The notes under the pieces were generated by a model. That model worked only from the letters and a program-made list of their open reading frames with translations. It made no database searches and had not been told where the DNA came from. This document shows positions 9,790 to 21,579 of a DNA stretch of 64,000 bases, piece by piece. The position numbers and the translations under genes were made by a program. The stretch lies in the NCBI GenBank assembly GCA_963749495.1, contig CAVVMW010000006.1, forward strand, positions 1,056,001 through 1,120,000, written 5' to 3'. The DNA is from an uncultured bacterium (GTDB lineage Bacteria; Verrucomicrobiota; Verrucomicrobiia; Limisphaerales; UBA8199). Within the stretch, counting starts at the first letter, position 1; each line of letters opens with the position of its first letter.

Positions 9790-10785
9790 CTATTCCCAGA
9801 TCTGATTGTAAAACTGGACAATGTCCCCCGGGTCCTTGGCCTCTTTGAACTTGATGGCGGAGCGGGGGTGCTCGTTGAGCAGGCCGGTGAGCATGTAAGG
9901 CAGGTCAAAGCCCCACATCAGCTTGGAGCGCAGCGGTTCGATGGTGTCCTGGACGCAACGCAGCACCGGCAGCAGGTTGTACTTGGGGTTGTGCAGAAAG
10001 CCGATGAGCAATTCCATCGGCGTATTGCCCGCGCCGCGGCCCAGGCCCGCCATGCTGGCGTCCAGGAGGTTGGCGCCCAGGACGATGGCCTCGATCGTGT
10101 TCGAAAAGGCCAACTGCAGGTTGTTGTGCGCGTGCATTCCCACCTCCTTGCCCGCCGCCTTGCAGTAGTGGAGGTACTTGCGGACCAGGTACTGCACCTG
10201 CTCGCTGTAGAGCGTGCCGAAGCTGTTGACGACATAGATGGCCCGGGTCTCCGATTTGGCCAGCAATTCCAGCCCCTCATCCAGTTCATACTCGGGCACC
10301 GTCGAGACCGCCATCAGGTTGACGCTCGTCTCGTAGCCCTTGTCGTGGGCGTCTTTGACCATCTCCAGCGCGGTGGGGATCTGGTTGATGTAGGTCGCCA
10401 CGCGGACCATATCGATGACGCTCTGGTTCTTGGGCAGGATGTCCTCGTGGTAGTCGGTGCGTTCCGCGTCCGCCATCACGGAGAGCTTCAGGGACGTTGG
10501 GTTGTCGCCCACGATGCGCCGGAGGTCCTCCTCGGTGCAATACTTCCAGGGGCCGTATTCGCCAGGCACAACGATCTTGCGCGAGGCCTTGTAGCCCAGC
10601 TCCATGTAGTCGACGCCCGCCTCGACGCACGCGCTATAGACCGCCTTGACGACCGCGTCGTCGAACCGGTGGTTGTTCATGAGGCCGCCGTCGCGGATCG
10701 TGCAGTCCAGGACCTTAATCTCGGGGCGATAGCCGACCCATCGGCCCGCCGGCGTCTCTTTGGATTTGTTGGTCTTCGCAGGCAT
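9790..10785 (-). CDS. DRE-TIM aldolase, 4-hydroxy-2-oxovalerate aldolase-like (HMGL-like)
   Basis: KVLDCTIRDGG, ELGY, GMHAHNNLQLAFSN, GLGRGAGNTPMELL, NEHPR. Confidence 0.85.
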   Translation of the reverse strand: MPAKTNKSKETPAGRWVGYRPEIKVLDCTIRDGGLMNNHRFDDAVVKAVYSACVEAGVDYMELGYKASRKIVVPGEYGPWKYCTEEDLRRIVGDNPTSLKLSVMADAERTDYHEDILPKNQSVIDMVRVATYINQIPTALEMVKDAHDKGYETSVNLMAVSTVPEYELDEGLELLAKSETRAIYVVNSFGTLYSEQVQYLVRKYLHYCKAAGKEVGMHAHNNLQLAFSNTIEAIVLGANLLDASMAGLGRGAGNTPMELLIGFLHNPKYNLLPVLRCVQDTIEPLRSKLMWGFDLPYMLTGLLNEHPRSAIKFKEAKDPGDIVQFYNQIWE

Positions 10786-10889
10786 GTTTTCGCCTAATCA
10801 TAGTGGTGGCCCCGGCTTTTTCAACAAGAGATTTGACCCGGGATGGATTTGCCAAAGGGGCCAGAGCGATTTAGAAATTGCACCTGGGA

Positions 10890-12057
10890 ATGGATCAAAA
10901 TGCGAGCAAAGCGAGCAAGCCGGTCCGGATGCGCCGCTGGCTGGCTGTGGCCGCGCTGGTCGTGGCGCTGGCGGCCGTCTCCGGCTGCCAGACATTGAGC
11001 TTCTACCGGCAGGCCATCCAAGGCCAGTATCAACTGGTCACCCGGGCGCGGCCGATCCAGAAGCTCCTGGCGGAGCCGCAAACGCCCGGCCGGCTCAAGG
11101 AGCGGCTCCAGTTGGTGCTCAAGCTGCGCTCGTTCGCCGCGCAGACCCTCAAGCTGCCGGTTGATGGCCACTACCGGAAATACACGGACGTGCACCGTCC
11201 GTTCGTGGTCTGGAACGTCGAGGCGGCGCCCGAGTTCTCCATGCAGCCCAGGACGTGGTGGTATCCCCTGGTCGGCAGCCTCGAGTACCGCGGCTATTTC
11301 TCCGAACGCGGCGCGCGCGACTACGGGCGTTGCCTGGAACGAAAGGGCTATGATGTCTATATCGGCGGGGCCCAGGCCTATTCCACCCTCGGCTGGTTCA
11401 AGGACCCGGTCCTCAGGTACCTTCATCTTCGAGCCGGACGCCGACCTGGCCGAGGTCATCTTCCACGAACTGGGCCACCAACGGGTCTTTGCCCGAGGCG
11501 ACACCGATTTCAACGAGGCCTTCGCCACCACCGTGGGCCAGGAAGGGGCGCGCCGCTGGCTGCGCGCCCAGGGCCAGGCGGCCGCTTTCGAGCAATACGA
11601 GGCCGAGTTGCGGCGCAACGGCCAATTCGTGCGCCTTATCATGAATGCCCGCACCCAACTCGAGGCCCTCTATGGCGACAAACGCACCGAGTGGGGCAAA
11701 GTCACGGCCACCCAAGAGAAACACGCCGTGGCCCGCGAACAACTCCGGCGCGACAAACAACGCATCTTCGAGCGCCTCCAACTGGCCTACGCCCAACTCA
11801 AGGCCTCGTGGGGCGGGGACGCCGAATATGACGCCTGGTTCGCCCGCGCCCTCAACAACGCCCAGCTTAACTCCGTGGCGGCCTATTACGACCTGGTCCC
11901 CGGTTTCCAGCAACTCCTGGCCAGCAAAGGCGGCAACCTCGAAGAATTCTACCAGGCCGCCGAGCGCCTCGCCAAGATGCAGAAAAAGCAGCGCCACCAG
12001 CGCCTGCGCAGCCTGGCGGAAACGGGCGCGGGCCCGTCTCTGAACGAGGGCCGTTGA
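10890..12057 (+). CDS. Predicted zinc aminopeptidase (DUF2265-type) lipoprotein; frameshift near 11415
   Basis: Lipobox VSGC; YRGYF, AYSTLGWFKDP, IFHELGH (HExxH), NEAFA, LNNA. Confidence 0.85.
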
Positions 12058-12063
12058 CAAAGT

Positions 12064-12200
12064 TGTAGCGCAGGTTTCCAAACCTGCTGTATCGCCGATT
12101 TCCAATCGGCAGAGCGCCGGCATGTCGAGCGCCCCCGGTTTGCGGACGGCCTGCGGGTTTGGAAACCCGCGATACAGCAGGTTTGGAAACCTGCGCCACG
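12064..12200. repeat. Long inverted-repeat element
   Basis: gcgcaggtttccaaacctgctgtatcgc ... gcgatacagcaggtttggaaacctgcgc flanking inner hairpins. Confidence 0.85.
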
Positions 12201-12370
12201 CTGGCGCCACTGGCGCAAAGGCGCGCCGAGGGACTTTGTCAATGACCCTGGCCTCTGAAGACGACGCAATAGGCCGGCTTGACTTTCGTCTCAACCCTCT
12301 TACGATGGAGCGCATGCTGAACGACGCTACCTGGTGCGGGGAGGATTAGCGCGCAACGGAGCCCCGGTTC

Positions 12371-13783
12371 ATGGGCAACCTTCTGGCCATTTTCTTTTGG
12401 GAATCGTTTTTGAGCTTGCTGTTCGTGGCGGCGACCGGGGTCCTGGTCTGGCGCCTGGCGGTCGGGCGCGAGGGGCCCAAGGGCTGGGGCTGGCTGCTCG
12501 GGTGGTCGGTCAAGGGGCTGCTCCTTCCGTTTCTGTTCTGGGCGTTGATGAACCTGGGCTTATCGTGGGATTTCCACGCGTTCATCCCCGAGATCCAGGC
12601 GGCGCAGAACAAGGGCGGCGACTGGCTGCCGGTCTATCTCCAGTTCCTGGGCAAGGGCCTCTTCATCCTCAGTGCCGATTGGGCGGCGTTGACCCTGGGC
12701 TGGGCCGTTTGGCGCACCGGAGACGCACTCGAAGAGGCGGGGCGCCGGAACCTCAAGTCCCTGTGCTGGACCTACGGCCTCGGGCTTGTCCTGCCGGCCG
12801 GAGCGCTCCTGTGGTGGGGCGGCTTGCCCCTGCTTGGCTGCGCCGCCGCCGTCATCCTGGTTCCCATTGCGGCCTATGCCCCCGGCATCGTCAACGCGCC
12901 AAAACTGCCTCCGCTTTACAGCCGCGCCGTTGCCAGGATGAAACTCGGCAAGTACGCCGAGGCCGAGTGGGAGATCATCCGCGAACTGGAGAAGTGCGAG
13001 GACGATTTCGAGGGCTGGATGATGATGGCCGAGCTTTACGCCAACCATTTCCACGACCTGGCCGAGGCCGAGCGGACCATCCTCGAACTCTGCGGCCAAC
13101 CCATTGTGACGCCTTCGCAGGTCTCCGTGGCCCTGCACCGGCTGGCCGATTGGCAATTGAAACTGGCAGGCAATCCCGAGGCGGCGCGCCGCGCCCTGCA
13201 GATGGTCTGCGACCGTTGCCGCGGCACGCACCTGGCCCACATGGCTCAGCTCCGCCTTAGCCAGTTGCCCGGCACAGTGGACGAACTGCGCGAACAGCAG
13301 CACGCCAGCCCCATCCACTTGCCGGCCCTGGGCGACCAGTTCGACCAGGCCCCCGCCTCCGACTCCAAACTGGAGCGCCGCAAAGCCGCCACACTGGCCA
13401 ATCACTGCGTCGATAGGCTCATCCGCGATCCCAACGATGTGCCGGCCCGCGAAAAGCTGGCGCGGCTCTGCGCCGAGCACCTCGACCAGGCCGGCCTGGG
13501 CCTGGAGCAATTGCGGCTGCTGCTCGACATGAGCGGCCCGACCGAGTCCCAGCGCGCCGAGTGGCTCGGCCTCATGGCCGCCTGGCAACTCAGATACCGC
13601 CACGATGAACCCGCCGCCCGAGATTGCCTCCAGCGCCTGCTCCGGGAATTCCCACACTCTCCCCAGGCCCTGGCCGCCACCCGCCGCCTCCAGTTACTCG
13701 ACGCCCAGCACAAACAGCAACAGGCCGCCCACTCCGCCCCCGCCCCAAGGACCATCCGCCTCAGCGACCCAACAGATGGATGA
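12371..13783 (+). CDS. Membrane protein with C-terminal TPR-like helical repeats
   Basis: About five TM helices, then YSRAVARMKLGKYAEAE..., ARDCLQRLLREFPHSPQA. Confidence 0.75.
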   Translation: MGNLLAIFFWESFLSLLFVAATGVLVWRLAVGREGPKGWGWLLGWSVKGLLLPFLFWALMNLGLSWDFHAFIPEIQAAQNKGGDWLPVYLQFLGKGLFILSADWAALTLGWAVWRTGDALEEAGRRNLKSLCWTYGLGLVLPAGALLWWGGLPLLGCAAAVILVPIAAYAPGIVNAPKLPPLYSRAVARMKLGKYAEAEWEIIRELEKCEDDFEGWMMMAELYANHFHDLAEAERTILELCGQPIVTPSQVSVALHRLADWQLKLAGNPEAARRALQMVCDRCRGTHLAHMAQLRLSQLPGTVDELREQQHASPIHLPALGDQFDQAPASDSKLERRKAATLANHCVDRLIRDPNDVPAREKLARLCAEHLDQAGLGLEQLRLLLDMSGPTESQRAEWLGLMAAWQLRYRHDEPAARDCLQRLLREFPHSPQALAATRRLQLLDAQHKQQQAAHSAPAPRTIRLSDPTDG

Positions 13784-13858
13784 GTGGATGAATGGATTGA
13801 TGGATTGATGGATGAATGGCTAAGCCCATCGGTCCACCAATCCATCAATCCATCAATC
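13775..13858. repeat. Inverted 8-bp (GATGGATT) tandem repeat hairpin between convergent genes
   Basis: gatggattgatggattgatgg ... ccaatccatcaatccatcaatc. Confidence 0.8.
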
Positions 13859-13864
13859 GGTGCC

Positions 13865-14689
13865 TTAAAGGTTGGGGGCGTAGGCGATGAATTCGCGATA
13901 GCGGGTCAGAATGCTGCGCAGGGCCGCCACCAAGGCAGCCTCCTTGAGATACGTGGGCGCCGCCTGAGGGGTCTCGAGGGTGATCTCGAAGGGGCGCGGG
14001 CTCACGCTGGGCGGGGCGCGGAGCACCCCCGGGTAACCCTCGCGGATGATCCCGCGGCGGGCGCGAAAACCATCGATCTTGTCGTCGCCGTTTCGCGGCA
14101 GAAACTGCTCCGCCGCCTGCAGCGCCGGCTCGACCAAGTGCTCCGTCAGCGTCGCGCCATGGGCAAAACCGTAAAAACCATGGCTGGCGCTGTCTGTGTG
14201 CAGCGAGACGATCCCATGAAAGGAGTGCGACACCAGTTCGGATTCCAGCAGCTTGACCTCCGGCTCGCTCGACCCTCTCCAGAACTCCCGGTTCAGGTCC
14301 TTGCCCGCTCGCGAATTGCGGGTGCGGTCCTCGAACCCGGTCGGGTTGCAGATTGGATAGACAAAGAGGCAGTAGCCCGCAGCCAGGTCCGGCGCCTGCT
14401 CCAGCAAAGTCAAGAGCCGGACCAGCGCGTAAGCGCCCTCGGGCTCGTCGCCATGGATCCCGGCAAAGATCCCGATGCGCAACGGCTCGTCCCCTCCTTT
14501 GGGGCCGACAAACAGGCAGCGCAGCAGCCGGCAAGTTTGGCCACACGACTCGAAGCTGGCCCCTCCATCCAGGATGAGGTTCACGGAATTGGCCGCCAGG
14601 GCCTCCAGAGGTTGAGCAATCCGGGCCGGCGAGCGCCGCGGCGGGGCGGGCGGAGCCAAAGCCGAGAGACTGTCTGCAAGTAATGGCAT
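13865..14689 (-). CDS. M14 metallopeptidase / succinylglutamate desuccinylase-aspartoacylase family
   Basis: FAGIHGDEPEG, CNPTGF, DLNREF, SLHTD, LETP. Confidence 0.88.
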   Translation of the reverse strand: MPLLADSLSALAPPAPPRRSPARIAQPLEALAANSVNLILDGGASFESCGQTCRLLRCLFVGPKGGDEPLRIGIFAGIHGDEPEGAYALVRLLTLLEQAPDLAAGYCLFVYPICNPTGFEDRTRNSRAGKDLNREFWRGSSEPEVKLLESELVSHSFHGIVSLHTDSASHGFYGFAHGATLTEHLVEPALQAAEQFLPRNGDDKIDGFRARRGIIREGYPGVLRAPPSVSPRPFEITLETPQAAPTYLKEAALVAALRSILTRYREFIAYAPNL

Positions 14690-15041
14690 ATCAATTGAGT
14701 ACTTCAGTTCAAACTGGGGGCAAAGCTACGCCGAATAGTGAGTATGTCAACAAGAATAGTGTACTATATCCCCTTTAGAATGCCTGCACCATAGCGCTGA
14801 ATCGTCGGAGGCATACGATCGGATGCGTGCCGTTTTCATGCTCGACATGGTATTCAGAGCATTGTCAACTGAGAGTTGTGATGACCCAGAAACGCAATGC
14901 GGTGTCGGCTTGGACAACTTGGGCGTTTCATCGCAAACTATAATCTGTCGTGAGGATGGACCATTTAACCGAACTGGAATTCACTGCTGGATGGAGTCGA
15001 ATGCGCAGGGCGCGCCATCCATCATGACGTAGGCTCCCCGT

Positions 15042-15146
15042 ATGATAACGTTGAACTCACTTGCCCTCGAAGGCTATAAGTCCATCAGGATCTGCCTGGA
15101 TCTCAGCTTTGGCAAGCTTAATGTTCTCATTGGCGCCAACGGTTAG
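15042..15146 (+). pseudogene. N-terminal fragment of an AAA/ABC-type ATPase, cut inside Walker A
   Basis: MITLNSLALEGYKSIR..LSFGKLNVLIGANG* ends where the ISAs1 remnant begins. Confidence 0.7.
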
Positions 15147-15157
15147 GACGCGTCCTT

Positions 15158-16345
15158 TCATCCTGCTAAGTCCAGCACCGCAGGCTCTTTGGCAAAAATC
15201 AGCGCCTGGAGGCGTTCGCGACCGCCACGGGCTGAGAGGAAGCGCTGCCGGAAGCTCTTGGTGTTGAATTTCGATTTGGGGTTGTGCTTGCGCGCTTTGT
15301 CAACGGCGGCATTGGACAAGCTGAGCACGACCCGCCGGAGCATGCCCAGCACCAGAGCGGAATTGGGGGTTCGCACCCGACTCAAGTCCTCCTGCATGGT
15401 AATGTCCAGGCAGTGGTGGAGTCGGCTTTCAATGACCCAGTAGTGCCGTTTGAGCTGGAGCATTCCCAGGGCCTGCAACTGCTCCAGCGTCAGGCTGCTC
15501 AACAGAAACACCACTTCCCGGGTCCATTCGCCCCCGCGTTTGACTCGGGTTTCCAGTCGAGCCGCCAAGCGGGCACCCGGAAAGCCCACCTGGCTGGGGT
15601 TCACTTCCAGGCATTGCAGGAAACGAATTTCCAATCGGCCCCGATTGTGCTCGCGCCTCAAGACTCGGGTGCGCGGGCTGGCCTGCCTGCCGGTAGGCAG
15701 GCCTGAGGGGGAAAAGGCCCGTTTTTCAAACAGGTCTTGCAGAGTCGCTTGGAGGGTCGGTTGGTTGCCCTTGACCGTCATGAGGTAATCGCCCCCTTGC
15801 TCGTAGAGGATCTGTTGACCGGTCTCCACCTGGGTGTGCGCCGCGCCGCTTAACACGATCTTGCCGGTGAGGTCCAGGCGCTTGAGCACCTGGCGGGCCG
15901 CCGGGATCTCGTTGCTCTTAGCCTCGGTGATCATCCCGGCCAGCGGATAGCCCAAGGCTTGGGCACGGCGAAACTCCGGCAACTCCCGCCGCACCGAATC
16001 CATCAAACTGCGGATTTCTTTGACCGGGGTCGTGCAGTGCGCCCTGGCTGCGGCCTCCACCATCGCCCACTCCGGGGGCAGTTGCGGCGCGCGCAGTTTG
16101 ACGCAGGCCTTCTTGACCAGTTCCCGCACCCAGATCTGCTTTGGGGCATCGTGCTTGATGTAAAAATCGGCCGCATCGCGTTTCCAACCGGCCGTTTTGC
16201 CCAAGTGCAACCAGCCGCTGACCTTGTAGGCGGTGCCCTGATAGAGCTGCGGATCAACAAAGCTCTCCACCAAAGCCAGGGGATGTCCCCACCGCCCCCG
16301 CCAGTCTTGGGACAGGGGCTCCAGCAAAAGTGATAACCCCTTCAC
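15158..16345 (-). mobile_element. ISAs1-family transposase remnant with N-terminal DUF4338-like domain; 5' truncated and internally deleted
   Basis: KSNEIPAA, YLMTVKGNQPTL, HNRGRLEIR, HYWVIESRLHHCLD..QED (ISAs1); WGHPLALVESFVDP..YQGTAYK..GW (DUF4338). Confidence 0.85.
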
Positions 16346-16586
16346 CCGCAATGGCGCCCTCACCTGGAAAGCCGCGCCCTAGCTTTTTCGCCGGGGAAAT
16401 GACCGGTCAGACGGCCCTGCCGAACAATCGGCCAACCACAATGAGCCAGGACGAAAACCGCAATTCGGAGTTGAACGCGATGGCACCGCGCGCAGGAACG
16501 CGCCGCATGGCGCGTTCCTGCCGGGTTTCCGGGCCCCGGTATCGCGGTTCCCTCGCGCGCGGACTGCCGGGGCGGGGCCCTGTTGA

Positions 16587-19500
16587 TTACTGGATCAGGA
16601 GGAAGAAGGTAGGTTTGGACGGGAGCGGAATGGTCACGGTATTATGGAGGTAATCCACCCCAGGCACTGGGGTCCAGGAGGGGTTGGCCAGGCTCGTCGC
16701 GCTGTTCAGGACGAAGCCGGTGAATACAGCGGGCCAGGACACCACCAGGTTGCTTCCTTCGGCGACTGCGCTGAGCGTAGGGACGGCGACGGGAATGCCG
16801 TAGGGGCCCGCGCCGCCCAAAGCCATCATCTGAGCGTCGCTGAGCTTGCCGGCGCTGACCTGGATGCTCTTGACATAGATCGAGCCGGTGTGATCGTCGC
16901 CGCTGTTGTTGGGGCCGTCGTTGTCGCCGAACAATATCACGTTGGCCTGCCAGGCGCGGCGCGGGGCGTCCAAGCCGTTGGCGGAGCTGACCCAGTCCTG
17001 GGCCTTGACACCGTTGACCCATTTGGTGATCAGGTTCTCCGAGAGGTCCGCTGCGAAGGCCAAACGGTGCCAGCCGTTTGTGATGGGCCCATTGTTCATC
17101 GTGTAGCCCCCTGACCCTGGCCCATGTCACCGTTCTGCAGGAACAGGCTGCCGTCCGTGCCATGAGGCTGATTGGTATTCTGGCATTGGAAGAAGGGGAT
17201 GGTGCCGCTGGAATAGTACATGTCATAGATAATTGTGTACTGGTTGACCAGCTTGCCGCCGCCGTTGGGCGGGATGTTTGGAGTCACGATGAAACCATAG
17301 TTGGCCAGGAGGGGGGTGCCATCCGGGAAACCAGGCACATACATGACCTCGGCGTCGGCGCCGTTAATCTTGGGAATGCCAAACGAACTGCACGTCCCAA
17401 ATTGGACGGTGGCGGCGGTCTCTCCGTTGGTGCCATCGAAGTACTCCAGGTCCGCGCCGACGGTCGCTTCCAGGTTGGTCCAGTTGAAGTCCCATTGGCC
17501 GGTGACGCTGGTGAAGGGGACTACCTGAGGGATTTTGCCCGCGGATGGCCCGCCCAGGAGCACCATTTCGGCGTCGCTCATCTTGCCATTGCGGACCTGA
17601 ATGCTGTTCACGTAGATCGAGCCGGTGTGATCGTCGCCGCTGTTATCGGGCCCGTCATTGTCGCCGAACAAGATGACGTTGGCCTGCCAGGCGCGGCGCG
17701 GGGCGTCCAAGCTGTTGCCGGAGCTAACCCAGTCCAGGGCCTTGACCCCATCCACCCATTTGGTGATCAGGTTCTGCGAGAGGTCGGCCGCGAAAGCCAG
17801 GCGGTGCCAGCCGGGGGTGATGATCCCATGGTTCATCACATAGCCCCCTTGACCCTGCCCCATCCCGCCGTCCTGAAGGAACAGGCTGCCGTCGGTGCCA
17901 TGAGGCTGATTGGTATTCTGGCACTGGAAGAAGGGGATGAGCAGGTTGTCCCAGGGCACGTACATGTCATAGATAATGGTGTATTGGTTGACCTTGGTTC
18001 CACCGCCGTTGGGCGGGATGTTTGGAGTCATGATAAAACCATAGTTGGCCAGGAGAGGGGTGCCATCCGGGAAGCCGGGCAGATACATGACGCGGGTGTC
18101 GCTGCCGTTGATGAGAGGGATGCCAAACGAGCTGCACGTTCCCCATTGGACGGTGGAGGCGGTCTGGCCGTTGGTGCCATCGAGGTATTGCAGGTCCTGA
18201 CCGACCGTGGCGGCCAGATTCCCATTGAAGTCCCACTGGCCCGTGACCTCGGGCACTGTCGCTCCGGCAACGACAATGGTGAAGGACCAGTTGTTGGTGA
18301 AGGTCTTTGGCGTGGGCGAGGTGTTGTCGCTGTAAACCAACTGGACATTGTTTGTGACCGTGGTGCGCAAGGCATTGGGGTAATAAGTCACGGTGGTGAA
18401 GGCGTTGGTCTTGCCGATGGAGTTTGGCGTGACTTGAGTGCCGTTCAAATAGAGCTTAATCGAGTTGGTCGCGACCTGCAGATCGTCGTCGCTGAGGATT
18501 ACCACGATGGGAGCGCTGGACAAGAAGCCTTGCCCGCCAGGCGAGGGATGCACCTCGGCCACATAGGGCTCTCGGGGGATGGTGCTGACGCGGTAGGCGG
18601 GGATCGAGCCCGACGGGTCGTTGATCAGGATATTGGCTCCGCTCTCGGGGTCCACATAGTACCAAGCCAAATCAGCCTCCGACGTGTTCTCCCAATGGAC
18701 CAGCCGGAAGGGATAAACCCCGGAAACGGGGGCGACAAAGGTGAAGGTGTTGGTGTTGGCTCCCACGGTGAAATTGGAGGCGGTGCGCAAGTACTGGCCC
18801 ACCAGGGTGGAAAAAGCGTCGCGCGGATTGGCGCCGCAAAACAAGGCATAGCCGTTGTCGGGCGGTGTATCAACACGGGTCTCCCCCACAGCCACGCCAA
18901 ACACGTACGTGCCCGCATTGAGCGGAAGATATGCCAGCACGTCGTCGGCAAAGTTCACCGAGCTTCCATTGGTGCCGGGTATGCCTGGGAACGAGTAGGC
19001 GTTGAAGGGCAGAATGCCGGGGTAGCCGGGGGGATTCGCGGTGCTGAAGGCGATGGTGCCATTATTGGCCTCATATTCATCGATGAAGAAACTGCCGTTG
19101 GCCTGCGCGCCGGGCCCGGTCAAATCGGCCTCGTTCCCAAACGGGACCCCGTTGGTAGGATTGAGAAGTGTGCCATCCAACTGTTGCCGCGCCCGGGCCA
19201 GGTCGTTTTCGAGCGAAACCCAGGAGGGAGCCTGCGCCACGCGATAAATGAAGCCCGGGGTGTTGGCCGAGCCGACGGGGCCGACCGCGCTGGCGGGCAA
19301 CGCGATATAAGGGCCGACATCAAAGGAGGTACTGGACGCCCAAGGAGTTGGTCGCGCTGTCCCGATAGCTCAGCGCGACCACGTTCTCGAGCCTGAGGGG
19401 AGCAAAGCCGGCACCTGATATGTGATGGTAGTCGTCGGAGCGGAGTAGGCCACACTGGGCGTGACCGTCGAGCCGTTGAGTTTCAGAACAATCGTGTTGG

Positions 19501-20405
19501 TGTTCACGGTGGCCGTCCCGTCATTGAGGACGATCTGGATGAGCGGCGTCGGGGAAATGGTCGAGCGACCGGGGAAACGCAAATCATCGGTGGGCGCCAC
19601 CGATACGGTATAGGGGCTGGGCGGCGGCCCAGTCAGGATGCCGCTGGCAACCGGTCCTCCCAGACTAGCCAGCAAACCGGCGGGCAACATCTGGTCGTCG
19701 AACTGGAGGCTGGCGATGTAGCCGGGCCCCGAATTGGTGTTCGGATCGTCGAAGAGGAAGATATCGCTCGAGATAGAGAACGTCCCGTTCAACGCCGGAA
19801 GGCGCCCCCCCGCTCAGCACGCTGGCGCCGTCAATGAATACGGACAGCCCCGAAGAGGCGTCCGTCAGGTCCACCGCGATCGCGACGCGATGCCAGGCGT
19901 TTGGGGTGAGGCTGCCGCCAGTATCGCCGGCACAGCCGACCGCGCCGCTCGAGTTGACAAAAAACTCGCCTCCAAACCCGTTGTAATCGGTGCCCAAAAG
20001 GGTGTAGGTCTTGCCTGAGGGGGGCGTGTTTGTAAACAACACGTCCAGGATCACGGTATATTGATTGACATAGGCGCCGCCACCGTTGGCATTGGCGCCG
20101 ACCGGCACCATGTAGCCGCCGAAGCCGGTAACGGCCTGGGGGAACCGCATGACGTTGGTCGCCTGCCCGCCGATAGACGCGATGCCAAACGAGGTCGTCG
20201 ATCCAAATTGTGTGCCCGAGGTTGTGGCCTGGTCGGCGGGAGTTATCGCCTGGCCGATGGCGGCGTTGATCAGCGTATAGGTGAGCGGGTTATAATTCGT
20301 CTCCTTGAAATCCCATTGCCCGGTGATCGCCGCTCCGGCCGACAGAGCCAGGCCGGCGCAGAAGCAGAGGGGGAATGCGCGGGTGAAGTTTGGTTGCGGT
20401 TTCAT
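16587..20405 (-). CDS. Large secreted protein with three LamG/ConA-like modules and a C-terminal sorting-type tail; several frameshifts
   Basis: Signal peptide; three TGQWDF...VNQYT...WHR(V/L)A modules; tail LVVSWP..GFVL.SATSL..PSW...FFLL. Split over ORFs 19665-20405, 19370-19792, 17096-19300 and 16587-17099. Confidence 0.75.
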
Positions 20406-20599
20406 AAAAACTGATTATTGCCTGTTTGGAACGCCACGCTGACCGATAGCGCGGCGCGCCTGAGTTAAAGTTATTCTTCGGTCTGGTTCATCACTTTAAC
20501 ATAATGCCACGACCGGACGAAACGTCAAGCCACGTCGACGAGCCCGGCCGGCACTACGGATTGTATCGGTAGCACATGGCCGACGCCGTGCGCTTCGAG

Positions 20600-20712
20600 A
20601 CGCAATTGGGTCTATACCGGCGTCACGCGGGGCAAGAAGCTGGTGGTGGTCGTTGGCCAGCGGAAGGCGCTCGCGATGGCCGTGAGGAACAACCGGACGG
20701 AGCAGCGGTTCG
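20600..20712 (+). pseudogene. recD2: RecD2 helicase C-terminal fragment
   Basis: RNWVYTGVTRGKKLVVVVGQRKALAMAVRN, motif VI region. Confidence 0.75.
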
Positions 20713-21384
20713 TCGCCATTGACCATGTGGGCAAACGGCTCATCGACTACCGGCTCCTGAAAAGGCCGGGCCCAAAAGCGGTTCGTTCACAGATGGTTAC
20801 CGTTGACGATCTGGCCGCATTTTTGAAGGCTAACGCAGGCCGCTTAATGGAGCGAGCCTGACCAGCGCCGCCTCCCAATTACCCGCAAAGCCTGTTAGAG
20901 CGCCAGGAGGGTGAGTCGAGACTACCATGAGGACTTGCAGAGCGAGGGCATACGTTGCTGGTTTGCTCCAAAGAGACCCGAGGTTGCACAAGCCCCGGCC
21001 CCGGTTGCCGTGGCGGTTCCATGACCGGCGAACCATTCTGCAAGTGCAACAACTGGCTTGGCAGCGCCATTTGCCGAGGAGCGCGTTCAACGTCTGGCCG
21101 CTCGCGGATCGGGATCGTAAAGGCCAGCCCTGGAGAGGCGGCAAAAACCAATGGTGCCGATGGCGGTTCAGGTTGCTGCAACCCCTTCTCGGAGCGCGAT
21201 CAAGCCCGACATGAGGCAGCCCAAGAATCCCCCAAGCCGAGCTTGTCTTTCGGCTTCCGCAGGAGCAGAATCTTCCGGCGTGTCGCCCTGGGGGAATCGC
21301 TTTCTTGCGGAAGAACTTGAGGCGGGTCGTAAGGGCGGCTTCCAGCCAGGGCGTGACTGATTCTGGTCAATCGGTTCCGAGGTT

Positions 21385-21579
21385 GTGGACGATGGCGACA
21401 AAGGCAAATTCGGTCACCGGGAGCGGCTGCGCGAGCGGTTCCTCCACGGCGCGGTATCCTCGCGCACTGATGAGGCGCTGGTTGAGCTGTTGTTGACCTA
21501 CGGCGTCCCTCAACATGACGTTCCATCCGACCTGGCCACAGCACGCTACAGAGAGGTCCTGGAGAACTTGGAGAGATGA
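21385..21579 (+). pseudogene. RadC (UPF0758) N-terminal domain fragment
   Basis: GHRERLRERF...DEALVELLLTYGVPQHDV; no JAB domain follows. Confidence 0.7.

Noticed and set aside
15158..16363. Druantia anti-phage system
   Set aside because: Only a DUF4338-like piece fused to a transposase; no DruE helicase or other dru genes.
16800..18245. Diversity-generating retroelement template/variable repeat pair
   Set aside because: Both copies are in-frame coding domains, the differences are not adenine-specific, and there is no reverse transcriptase in the window.
17162..19396. 744-aa plus-strand ORF and similar long antisense ORFs
   Set aside because: Shadow frames of high-GC genes on the opposite strand, with no recognisable motifs.
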